From: Laetmonice hystrix
Taxonomy: Eukaryota
DNA length: 60,000 bases
Reading direction: 5' to 3'
NCBI GenBank assembly: GCA_965235115.1
Contig: OZ249436.1
Span: 14,448,001-14,508,000 of the forward strand
Numbering within the stretch: the first letter of the stretch is position 1; each line of letters opens with the position of its first letter. This document shows, in pieces, positions 12,138 to 23,110 of the stretch. The translations under genes and the position numbers were made by a program. Under the pieces are notes generated by a model. It was not told the DNA's origin, did no database searches, and worked only from the letters and a program-made list of their open reading frames with translations.

Positions 12138-13172
12138 TATATACCTCCACAATGTACCGCAGAAAAATCGACATACACCTATTTATGAAGTTTAGATGAG
12201 TTGTGGTGAACTAATCATCATACTTACAGTGAAACCACAAGGAATTAAACCATCAAATTCACCAATACTTGGGATTCTTTTCCGTTCTTGGAGATTTAAA
12301 ATGAAATTCAAACTATGCAGAGATATGTAAATATAATCTCATTTGGACAAACTGTACTGGGACTCTACAGCTGTACATTGGCGGGTGAATGAGGTCCACT
12401 TTTTGTCATTTCTAGATAGCATAGCTGCTGTGTTTTCAGAAACAAATCCTACATCTCATATCCGGAAAAATCCACTTTCAGATGACCCAGCTAATGATAG
12501 CCCTTTCAATTTCACGACAGAAATACACTTGATTCTGTAATTGCTTTTCCACAACATTTCGGCATCAGAAATAATAACATGAAATAAATTCACACACCGA
12601 TCTTTAAAAAACCGTTTCCTCCAGTATAGCTTTCTACACATCAATGGTTGGGGTACCGTTAACATAATTTTACCAAGTCTTAACAAATAAGCCCTCTGGG
12701 ACTAAAATTGCAATTTGATTGCAAACAGTTTAGTTTTACCACAAACAACACCAACTTGATAATTTCGAGTTTGAATATGTGAATTCTAAGTGAATGGATT
12801 GATTACAAATAGATAACATTGTTCAATCAATTCGTGTTGTCTCAAAAGTCTGAATAGACTAATCATTAATCCCTCCAACATTATTTTCAATATGTACATA
12901 TTTTGCTAGTTGGGCACTAAGATGCCAAGCTGCAAAAAACAGGGAAAAATCACTTCCCAAAAGGCGATATTATGACATTCTATTTAGGCACTTCTCAACG
13001 TCTGTGAGTGTAATAATTTCTTATTAAGTTTGTCTGTACTCGCCTTATTTTACACTAATGTGACCGAATCTTGTAACCTGTGCTACTACACTAGAATCAA
13101 GAATCATGGGAAACAGAAAATCCCTTGATTTGTCTTATCCTAGATCTATCACCGGAAATCTATCTAGCCAAG

Positions 13173-14670
13173 TCAAGCCAAATGGCCATGTGTCATTTCA
13201 AGTTTCTGAAGCCTGTTCTGAAGCTCTACAACCCGATGTACAGCATTGGCAGTGGCAAGTTTTTCTGCCTCTAACCGCCGTGCATGGTCTGCAATCAACT
13301 TCTTCTGTTTTTCCTTTAGAGTTGCTCTACAAGCAGCAAGATTTTGGTTCCGTGTTCGCATCATGCGGACTTCATCAGAAAGTAATTCTACATGCGTGAG
13401 AAGATCCTCCCGAGTATAGTTTGTGAAGTCTACACTCAAAAGTGTGTCAAGTTTTTTGTCATCTATCACATCTTCATCGTCCATGTCCACATGGCCAGAG
13501 TCAATAGTGTCTACACTTTCATTCGACAAGGAGCTCGAGGAGAGAGATGGTCTTGCTGGGATTCGTGGAGGCACTGGAGCTGGTCTTACCGGCCGGTGGA
13601 CGTCAGCAGCCATGCTCTGAGCTGGACGTGGAGACTGAAGGCAGTCCTTTGAAGGACTTCTGACTGTGGACAATTCCTGGTTGGAGGTGCTGCTTGACAC
13701 AGGTCGGGCTGGTCGCTGTGGAGGCTGCGGTTCAGACGGTGTTCCAGGGAACGACTGGGACGGTGTGTTGGGGATTGAGCCAACATCATACGAGGAACAA
13801 CTCCAGCTGGTGGTCAGGTCTGATGGAGAGTCTGCCGTCACCTCCGTAAGACTGCTCTGACTCTGACTCAAGCCACTCTCAACACTGGGGGAAGGCGTCA
13901 CGCCATCTGGCCCATCCACTCCTCCATCTGCAATGTTCCCTGCATCTGTTGGTTCGCCAGGAACGTTCAGTTCACCACTGCTCTCGTCTGTAACAACAGT
14001 TTCTTCCTCCTCCTGAATCAAAGGAGCCATAGGACTTGGCAACTCAGTAGAGAAGTCAAGTTCTAAGAGCTCACTGGTCACGAGTGGTCTGTCCTTTCGT
14101 ACATCCGTTTCCGCCCTGAACTTAGATTCCCCCTGAAAATCTATGTCAAGCAGTCTGTCAACCTGCACGGATACCCCTTCAAAGTTATAGTCCATCTGGA
14201 AGAGCTTCTCCCAATTGCTTATCAGTAAAAAGGCAACTTGTGTCCTCCCATTGGAGGTGCCCATTAACAGTGCTGCATCATCATCCTCAGGTTGAATGAT
14301 GTTGTTCTGAACAAACACCGTAGCCAGATTCATGATGGGCATTTTATTAACATCAGACTTCTTACTCACTTGAAGCAGGAATTGTGATAAGTACTGCAAT
14401 AGATTATAATTATGTCTTGGAATGTTTCTGAGCAGATTTGCGAGCCGCTCAATGGAGCCCTCTGGGTTTATACGATAGTCACGAGTGACAATTTTCATGA
14501 CAGACTCATAAAATGTGACTGGAATTAAAGGTTCAGGAAGTTCTCGGAGATATAACTTGAGTAGTGAGGCCACACTGTGAACATCAGTTTCAGGAAGAAC
14601 AAACACAGGTCTCTCGCCACTATCAAATTCTTCTCGAAGACGCTTAATAACAGTACTCCGACCTGGTAAC
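13173..14670 (-). CDS. ARHGAP24: Rho GTPase-activating protein 22/24/25-like, last exon (RhoGAP C-part, linker, coiled coil)
   Basis: Acceptor TTTATCAG, then (R)LPGRSTVIKRLREEFDSGERP...TDVHSVASLLKLYLRELPEPLIP...NKMPIMNLATVF. Stop TGA ends at 13173. Confidence 0.92.
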
Positions 14671-14911
14671 CTGATAAAGCAAGGACAAAAGCAGTAAGAT
14701 ACCCATCAAAAACATGCATAACTCAGTGATAAGTGGTACATAAAGAACACTGAGAGAAGAATATCTAAAAACATCAAATAATAGTGCCAAACATTCCTTT
14801 CTTCAAAATTTCCCTAACATTTGTTTTTCTCCAACTGAAGTTATTTCTTTACAGTTTGATTTTTATAGCTGATTATAATCATTTACATTAAGGAAGTTCA
14901 GCAATACATAC

Positions 14912-15044
14912 CGGAAAATTCCTTCAACTTCTAATCCATGTTCTAGAAGAAATTCTACACACAACTCCACAATCTGAGGCACTTTGCGCTTTGAAATTCG
15001 GTTTTCATATGCCATCGTTTCTGCAATCAGCTGGCCAAACATCG
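14912..15044 (-). CDS. ARHGAP24: ARHGAP22/24/25-like exon (RhoGAP start, arginine finger)
   Basis: (A)MFGQLIAETMAYE...VPQIVELCVEFLLEHGLEVEGIFR, bounded by TTTCAG and GTATGT. Confidence 0.93.
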
Positions 15045-15394
15045 CTGAAACAAATAACACAGAGCTTATACTTGTAATGTTGAAGGACAAAAATTATACT
15101 GGCAGTGGGTTTATACAACTTGTCTTTAGACTAGTAATAAGTTCCAGGATACATTTCCCATTTCCAGGATATTATTTTAAAAAGTAAACTTCTTTACTGG
15201 CTGTTAAATATGATTTTATTCGTTTCTGTCAGAACAAAAATACCAGCATGTCTAATGTTCAGGCCATTTCTGTCATTTTTCACTTTCCCCTCTGCCCTCA
15301 GAACCCAGAACTTTTGCGATTATTTGAGAAATATTAGCAAGATGGTGCTGTTAGTTATAATCTAAGGGATTTTATGTTTTGAAATGAGCCTTTT

Positions 15395-15514
15395 CCGGGA
15401 CATTCCAGCATTATTCCCAGACAACTAGTGATTTTCCAGGACATTCCAGGCCTGGAAAAAGGAAACTGAAAATTCCAGGACTTTCCAGGATTTCCAGGAT
15501 GCGTGCAAATCCTG
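15395..15514. mobile_element. Terminal fragment of a hAT-like MITE (TTCCAGGA repeats)
   Basis: Repeated TTCCAGGA ending in GTGCAAATCCTG. A similar motif-rich fragment lies at ~47503-47780. Confidence 0.5.
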
Positions 15515-15518
15515 ATTA

Positions 15519-16254
15519 TATCGGGTGGATAAAAAAAAATGCCCCGAACTTGAAACTTCAATATTTCAAAAAGTAATGATTGTAATTCAATGAAATTTTT
15601 CGTAATATCACTTCATGATGTTGTCTCTTAGAACTTTGTTAATGTTACAACTCAATAGCTTGGATAATATTTCCGTGGGGCTAAAAACAAAAATCATTGT
15701 ACAAAAGCGCAATGCTAGGCTAAAGCAAGTTGTAGTTGCACCCAGAGTCCCTGGCCTCATACTAGAATAGGTGGTCAATCGGTCCCCTGTTTTCACTCCA
15801 TACTGCTCTCAGTCTCTTTTTCCATGAGCCAATGCACTTCCTGATCTCTGATAGGGAAATATCTTCCCAACATTGGGAAATACGCAACGTTCTGAATGTG
15901 TTGCTAAACGTGATAATGATACGATTTCCCTTGAACTTCTCATTACAGTCATATCGTCCTAATGTTGCAGTTTCTGTGTAGGGTTTGGCACATTAAACAT
16001 CTGTTTTTCTCTAAAAGTACTAGGAATAGCACATATTTTATTATATATCTAGTGGTCCACAATGTTCATGATACATATTGTAAAACATGCAAAAACTAAA
16101 TATTGAATTTTTTTTACCCAAGGTACAATGCGGTACATCAAACAGACCTGTGTCAAATTGGACACCTGGCAGCTGCATGATATTTGACCTAATTCCAGCA
16201 TTGCGTTTTTAGACACCAATTTTTGTTTTTAGCGCCACGGGATTAATATCAAAG
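15519..16254. mobile_element. Second copy of the 11279-12137 element, right end truncated
   Basis: Collinear and highly similar from TATCGGGTGGAT to GGATTAATATCAAAG. Lacks the last ~135 bp. Confidence 0.9.
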
Positions 16255-16304
16255 GGGCACAAAATCTGAAAAATAAGTTTTTTGAATACGAAAGTAGCAC
16301 ATAC

Positions 16305-16427
16305 CACCGCCTTTCTCAGCAAACATGACCTTTTTTATTGCACGAATCCATCGTTTGCGATCATCATCACTTGAAGCACATATTGGGTAAGTTTCATGGG
16401 TCATTGTCATCCGGCTTCGATCTGAAC
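16305..16427 (-). CDS. ARHGAP24: ARHGAP22/24/25-like exon (PH domain C-terminus)
   Basis: (G)SDRSRMTMTHETYPICASSDDDRKRWIRAIKKVMFAEKGG, bounded by TTTAAAG and GTATGT. Confidence 0.92.
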
Positions 16428-16876
16428 CTTTAAAAATAGAAACCAATCGAGACATTGAAATTTTGGGAGCAATATCACGCACCTTATGCCAATAATGCCT
16501 CTTCAAGGAACAATTCATTTATAATTAAGCAAACGTGAAGGACTGATTTTTCTCCTCATTAACACTATGCTAGACCTTGACATACATGATTAAGGGCTCT
16601 AATGGTATTTATGGGCCCAGTGAAGTAATCTCATAATTCTTGCAGCTAAGTAAAATTGCATTTTCATAACCTAGTGTTTTGTCTTTTTTTAATTTTTTTT
16701 GGACAGCTCTCAAGCTACTTGTAAGCAAAATCGGATTTTTCATGTGAAGTGACTAGACTGTTTCTCCTGAGAACTATGACAGAGAAGCAGTAAACAAAGG
16801 GAGTTCCATAAACTGTATCTAATGCCGTAAAACTTTCATAATCTTTGATTTAATCAACCAAATACTGAAACCTTAC

Positions 16877-17195
16877 CTGGCACAATCTCAAAGAGAAACT
16901 TGTCAGGTTCACTTGGATTGAGTGGAACTTCCATCACTTTGTTTCCGGGAAGAAATATGGTGCCAAGTGGAGGTTTTGTTTCATCCTCTGCAGCAAAATA
17001 GTATATTTGGTCCCCCTTAATAGTGAACCAGCGGTTATGCCAGGATTTGACAAGGCCGCCCTGCTTCTTCAACCATCCCGACATACTGCTAGTCTGTTGC
17101 TGCAGGGCAGAAGTTCCAGGCAGTGCTGCAGTCTTGCCCTGAACAGTATTCTGCATCTGTGTCAGAATGCGTCGAAAGCTGCTCTGGTCAGCCAT
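16877..17195 (-). CDS. ARHGAP24: ARHGAP22/24/25-like first coding exon (PH domain)
   Basis: AAAATGG start context, GWLKKQGGLVKSWHNRWFTIKGDQIYYF...PLGTIFLPGNKV...KFLFEIVP, donor G|GTAAGG. Acceptors put the exon start at 17224 or 17240. Confidence 0.9.
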
Positions 17196-17550
17196 TTTGG
17201 CTGGAATGGAGGCCTCCTGGTCCTCTGGAAAGCAGGGAAACTGAAAGTAAATAAAGCTCAAATTAATACCAATATCCTTAATGGGGATGTTGCTCGCTTA
17301 GTTACACAATTCCTGAAAGTCCCAATGTTCATGCAAGGCTAACGCCCATTCAAGGGTCTGTCTTATTAAGGTCTGGTTATTAACAATATAATTGTTAACT
17401 TCAATATAGGACCCCATTGTGGGCCACATGACTTTGGTGTTGGTGTCAGTGTTGGTATTGACCCAAAGCCCAAAAGACCTTGCCTGGTGTCCACACCTTG
17501 TGTCAACACCAGTGCTGACTCAACACTCTTGGTCACAAGTTGGTGTTGAC

Positions 17551-18343
17551 CTGGGTCCGGTTTTTAAAATAAGATTGAGCCTGGCTTACTCGTAAACTAG
17601 GGTAAGATTAAGCCCAGTCTTACATGTTGTGTTTTTAAAACATGCAAATGAGGCTTGTAAGCGTAAGCCAGGCTCAGGCTTATAAGCCAGGGAAGGAGTT
17701 GTCTTACGAGCCCTAAGCCTGTGCCGACTCCGTGCCGATTTAAGGCATCTTTTTGCCCTAAAAGTAGCTTTCAACTCTTACTAAGAATACTCCACATTGT
17801 AAGGATGTTATACACTGTAGAACTGATAAGTAACGGTAAATACATTGTCATTTCATGGCGAGATTGACGTTTGTTTACAACCTTCATGGTCACACATCGT
17901 GGATCCGCACAAATCTAGCGATGGGCGTATGCATAAAAAATCCGCTAGGTGGCGGTTGTGACCCGCTCGATCGCTCTGTCGATTCGAATTTTCAAAGCCT
18001 CTTTTAAAGTACTTTTTGACATTTAACAGTCATTTTCCAGATCGGTATAAGGCTATATATGTTAGAACTCATTACTTACAGGATAAATAATGTAATTCCT
18101 TGGCTACATTATGTAGGATCATGTTTGTTTACATTCGGGAATCGACGGCCTTTGGTCATGGCGGAAGTTCGATTCACCATTGTCTCGATTGTGACGTCAG
18201 TTTTCCGCCCATGACAACGGCTAAGCCTAGGCTTGGCGTAAGCCAGGCTTAGAACTTGTTTTAAAAACAGAAACGTAAGCCTAGTCTTACCGTAAGCCCA
18301 GTCTTACCAGTAAGCCTTGGCTTATTTTAAAAACCGGACCCAG
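17551..18343. mobile_element. Harbinger-like MITE (CWG-type ends) in ARHGAP intron 1
   Basis: 23-bp perfect inverted ends CTGGGTCCGGTTTTTAAAATAAG / CTTATTTTAAAAACCGGACCCAG, with subterminal TAAGCC repeats. Confidence 0.85.
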
Positions 18344-19753
18344 AAGACAAAAACACCAGGTTAGGGTCAACGCCAATCTCCCATGAGACATGCACCCAGC
18401 TTATGTCTCTGCCACCACTGCCTTTTTACATGCTGATTCTTCACATATCAGAATCTTTCTTAATTACTACTTATGTGAATACCTAGTTACCCTATCTGAA
18501 TAGAGAAAGGTCTGAGGAGTCCAACAAAATTTAATTTATTTACAATTCAGATATACTCCAAATACAGAGGGTATTTTTAATGAATAGTGGAACTATTTTT
18601 TGCACGAAGTTATCCATTGTTTACTTGTGTAATTAGGGTGTTTAGTCGGCGACCAAAACAAGGGGACTTTCCGACATTTTGCCACTGTGACACAAGATCA
18701 ATGCCTCAAACTTGCTGGATAGTCGCAAAACATGTTTTCTGGGTCATCACAAAAAGCAAGAGCCGTTATTGGATGATATTCAAGTAGTCCTCCAGGTCAT
18801 GAATATATATAAATCAAGTGGTGGCAGAGATGTTATATCAAGACAGCAGTGACATCTTGTGGCAGAGAGTGGGTCAACACCAGAGGGCAACACCAGTGTT
18901 GCTCGCTGGTGTTGACACCAGTATTGACCTCACAAGACAGTACATTCCAATTTGTCTGGTTGATGCAGACTGTGCCCTGAGTGTGAAGCATGAGGATTTC
19001 TTGCTATTCTTCTGGCATGAAATTCATTTGCCACAACATCTACTTGGTCCTGGGTCAACCACCTCATATGATTTTGTACTGCCTCATCACTTTCAGCTGC
19101 CTTGCGATGACAGTTTGGAACCCTATCATTGATTATTCCATCAACAACCTCTTTAGCTGCTACAAATATCATGATGGCAAACACCAGAATATGCAGATAT
19201 ACTTTAAACTCTGTCCGGTGTCAACCCAGGGCTAGGGGGTTGGTGTTACCACTAATATAAAAGACCATTAGAACTTCCCAAAATGAACACTAACTGCGGT
19301 TCAGCTCAAACATGTGGTGTTCGAGCTGATGTCTGTCACCACAACAACTGAAACACCAAATGTAAACTTGAGTGTTGACAACAACACCACAGCCAGAGTT
19401 TAAAGATGGTGTCAACATGGTTCTTGGTGTCAGTGTTAAGTGTTAACATCAACACCAATTTTAAAGTTACCGGTACCCAATGCAGGTCAAGTTATCAGAG
19501 CTTACAATAACTTTTACACATGCTTAGTTACTTCATCTTTAGGTTTAGGTTTAGATTTTTTTATTTTCCATTCAAAACTTACACACAAATGGCACATGTA
19601 TCAGGATGAAGCCAGATCTAGTTAACAGGATCTACTATAGGCCTACTGCCTCTACAGAAACTGTGACTATGTATGGAAACTAAATGAATTATCATGCTGA
19701 CATAATGGCATAATGCAACATGTCAAATAATGAGACAGGATGTCAGATGGTAC

Positions 19754-19972
19754 CAGGGCATCCGCCAGAGGGGGGGACGGGGGGGATTTATCCCCCCCAT
19801 GATTGGGACATGGGGGGGATATCCCCCCCATAAATCTGCAGAGCAGTGTTTTTTTTTAAGCTATTCTCGCTCTGAGAGGCCAGGAAAACGCATCTCCGGA
19901 GTTCATGAAAAAAAAATTTCTGGGGGAGGGCCCCCCGTCCCCCCCATTAATTATTTTCTGGCGGAAACCCTG
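19754..19972. mobile_element. hAT-like MITE with 5-bp TSD
   Basis: GGTAC|CAGGGCATCCGCCAG ... CTGGCGGAAACCCTG|GGTAC. Confidence 0.8.
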
Positions 19973-20156
19973 GGTACGTAACCAAATCTTGGATTGAAGT
20001 TAGCGGAAGCAATGGAGCAATTTGCTTCCCTAACTGGCTAAGATCATGAATTGCTTCCCTCAAGGCCGAGTGTTATACATCACAAAACCTATTTTCGGAA
20101 GCCGACAGAAATGATAAGGTCTGATAAAAATCAGTGTTCAGACTACCCACGCTTTG

Positions 20157-20508
20157 CCGGTGTCGCGGTCTGTTTTCTCCGCGGTCTGAAATCTCCGGGA
20201 GGTTGGCTGCAGAGTCGTGTGTATTTGTATCGTTCTCGGTAAACTATCCGAAATATCAGGTCTAGATTGAGTCTCACGTAATAACTGTTTACTCGGCCGT
20301 CAGTTTTGGTCGGCAATTTGCCTATCCGGGCTGTCGTTGATTACTATTTGGAAGAAAACTTCACCGCACATCAGCTAGCAGACGACCAGAGGTGTGAGCC
20401 TGAACAGCGACACGCGCGTGCTCACTTAGTCAGTTTCGCCCTCTAAACAATAGGAAACCATGCACCCGGAGATTACAGACCGGCGGAGAAAACAGACCGC
20501 GACACCGG
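20157..20508. mobile_element. Complete MITE with ~43-bp CCGG-ended TIRs, superfamily unassigned
   Basis: CCGGTGTCGCGGTCTGTTTTCTCCGCGGTCTGAAATCTCCGGG ... CCCGGAGATTACAGACCGGCGGAGAAAACAGACCGCGACACCGG. Further copies or fragments at 14-281 and ~1569-1594. Confidence 0.85.
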
Positions 20509-20647
20509 GGCTCTATAGCAGTACTTGAGCTCCTGAGGAACCTGTACATGATATATGTGTCTAAAGTGGACTTTCATAAAATTCATTAGAACTAAATATG
20601 TCGCATGAAAACAGACTTATTCAGTTATTGGACATTTTGTCACATGA

Positions 20648-21335
20648 TTTTGGGACTAAACTTACACTAGGCCTAACTTTAGCCCTAACCCAAGCATGTT
20701 GTTTTGTTTCGTTAATAAGTCAAACTAATTTATTTATTTTGCCGTCTGACGGCAGAATAACCACTGCGTTATTAGAGCCAGTCAATTTCCGCGATCACGG
20801 AATCGCGGACGGAATCGCGGAATTTACTATTTGAAACGGAATTTCCTATCTGAAACGGAATTTCCAGTGTAAAACGGAAAATGACGGAAAACGTTTTTTT
20901 TTACTACTGGTAATTCCCCAGTCGACCGTATACAGTGTAGCTGGGTCCTGGGTTGGCCTGGCTGGACCCGCTAGAGGAGTGGGGTGGTAGGGTCATGAAT
21001 ATGCTCGAGCTCTTCTTAGAGCAAACAGACTGGACTCGCAAATGTGACAGGTGTGCAGATATGGTTGTGCATTTTCTGGGACACCCTCTATACTGAGAAA
21101 ATACTAAAACGGAAAAAAGCGGAATTTTAAAAATTCAAAACGGAATTTCCTGGCAAGGATCACGGAATTTGACTGGGTCTACGTTATAGACTCATTTTGT
21201 TTTCCAATACAAAATGTTCCATATAAAACGCAGTGGTTATTCTGCCATCAGACAGCAGAATAAATAAATTACATGGAGTTTGACTTAGTATTAGTTACTG
21301 ACACAAAACAATATGTTACTAGTTTAGTCCCAAAA
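20648..21335. repeat. Foldback/palindromic element interrupted by a nested insertion
   Basis: Inverted arms of ~110-120 bp: TTTGGGACTAAACT...GGCAGAATAACCACTGCGTT versus AACGCAGTGGTTATTCTGCC...AGTTTAGTCCCAAA. Confidence 0.75.
20773..21181. mobile_element. hAT-like MITE with 6-bp TSD, nested in the foldback element
   Basis: CGTTAT|TAGAGCCAGTCAA ... TTGACTGGGTCTA|CGTTAT, with many CGGAA(TTT) subterminal repeats. Confidence 0.85.
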
Positions 21336-21700
21336 TTGTGCAGTCTAATTAGAATCTAGATAATCCGCTATTCTGCCATCAGACATCATCCAATAAGAAT
21401 CCAGTAGACTATTGCAGTCACATGCCCTATCAATACGCCGGCAAAATAACCAATGGCTCTGGCCACTGCCATATAAATAAAAAAGTCTTCCTCATACTTA
21501 GACATAACTTAGACAGCCACTGTCTTACTAGTGCACGGTGCAGGAACAGCGTTTAGAAATTAGAGTTTAGACTGTTTTGAATTTGATTGATCAGCAAAAT
21601 AACATTGACTAACACACAACAAATTCCCCCCTAACGGCCTAAGCTTGTAAACAGCGGTTTTACTATATTTTCCCTAAATTTGTGTTTCTAAAATATGGCT

Positions 21701-22203
21701 ACTTACCTTCCTGTTCGGCTTGTTGTTAGTTGTACCAGAGCCTTCTTCTCCCTCCCTCCAGTTGTCAACTTTCTGTCACATCACTGATCACACGGTTCGC
21801 CTTTTACTAGTTTTAGAACTAGGTCACAGATAGAACGCTTCCGGCCTACCTGCGAATGCATAAGATGATGACGTCATCAACAACATTTTTACTGAATATG
21901 TGCAAAAAGTATATATATATAAGAAATAAAACAGTATTCATCGAAATACTTGGCGAATGTATGTATATTCTGAAAATACTCCCCAAATTTGTTCCGGTGC
22001 GAGGATTTTTTCGTACTGCACATGAAGTGCTGACGTAGGCCCATCGATGCTTTCCTAATGGTGGCGATCCCGATGTAAAATTTTAGAGTTGTCGCCAGGT
22101 CGCCTTGAATATATCGTATACAAATTGGAATATCCGACCGGAAATTCGACCACCCTATGCTGGAACTAATACGCTCTTAGACTAGAGTAGAGGATAAGTA
22201 AGT
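21701..22203. promoter_or_regulatory. Putative bidirectional promoter with non-coding first exons of ARHGAP (-) and JNK (+)
   Basis: Minus-strand donor AAG|GTAAGT (exon ends at 21707) and plus-strand donor TAA|GTAAGT at 22198 point away from each other. CRE palindrome GATGACGTCATC at 21867-21878, ETS-like CTTCCGG at ~21838, local CpG enrichment. Confidence 0.55.
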
Positions 22204-23110
22204 ATATTCTGGTTTACTTTTGAATCGATCGTGCAGTTAAAAGTTGGAATGACAGGTTGCAGCCTAGTCATGACATCGTTAACGTAAGCAGGCAGAAGGC
22301 CTACGGGGTAGGGGAGTCCTACGCCCGGAGTCTACGGGGACACGTCTCCGACTCCGGTGCGCCGGAGTTCGGGGTGTACTGCCCTAGACCAGTTACGAGT
22401 ACGTAGTTACAAGCCCCAAGCTAAGAAGATCCCTAGGGTTAACTTGTTCACCACCGTATTTGGATAGAGCAACCGTTTATTTCACAGACCATCACCTTCC
22501 CCCCTCAACTTGTCTCAAGACAAATTAGATCTATGTAAAATTTTGACAGAAGGTCGACGACCACGGTCTACAGTCAGTAGCCGATAATATAGCCCTATAC
22601 TAGGCTATACTACAAGCAGCAAACATAAACTGTTTCGCATTGCAAATTGCTATAGGCTACAACTGATACATTTTGCTAATCATTTTCCAAAAATGTTCAG
22701 TATAAATAATTTAGTACTATTTGCGAATCAAACTTTTATTTTGCTAGTCAAATTTTCTGGATTATTTTGTGCCTTTTACTATAGTAAATGTGACGGTACG
22801 GTACTGAACCTGCGCAGTCGGTGATGGTGGGTCCAAAGCTGTCTGTGACTGTGGTGGAGTCACTCTAGACTTCAACAAACTCTTCTCTTGTCTGTCAGAC
22901 TCAGTGCACCGTGGATTTGGAAGATGTAGGCCTAGATGCTTTTTTTCTGTTTTTTTTTTTTGTAGACTATATATTGTTAATAGTGTGATATAAGGATGTA
23001 ATTATTTTCTATAACTTAATGGTACGAATTTTGTCTTGTCTTGACTTTATAATTATTTGCCGTATAAGCCTAAGCCAGAAGGCTAAGGCGTACTTAAGGG
23101 AACTCAAACT

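Larger units (their letters stand above)
13173..17195 (-). other. ARHGAP24: ARHGAP22/24/25-family gene coding span: complement(join(13173-14670,14912-15044,16305-16427,16877-17195)), 2073 nt, 690 aa
   Basis: Architecture is PH domain, RhoGAP domain, Ser/Pro-rich linker and C-terminal coiled coil. Exon phases 1, 1, 2 are consistent. Probably co-orthologous to vertebrate ARHGAP22/24/25. Confidence 0.88.

Noticed and set aside
13392..13860. Plus-strand and alternative-frame ORFs within the ARHGAP last exon
   Set aside because: Shadows of the real coding exon.
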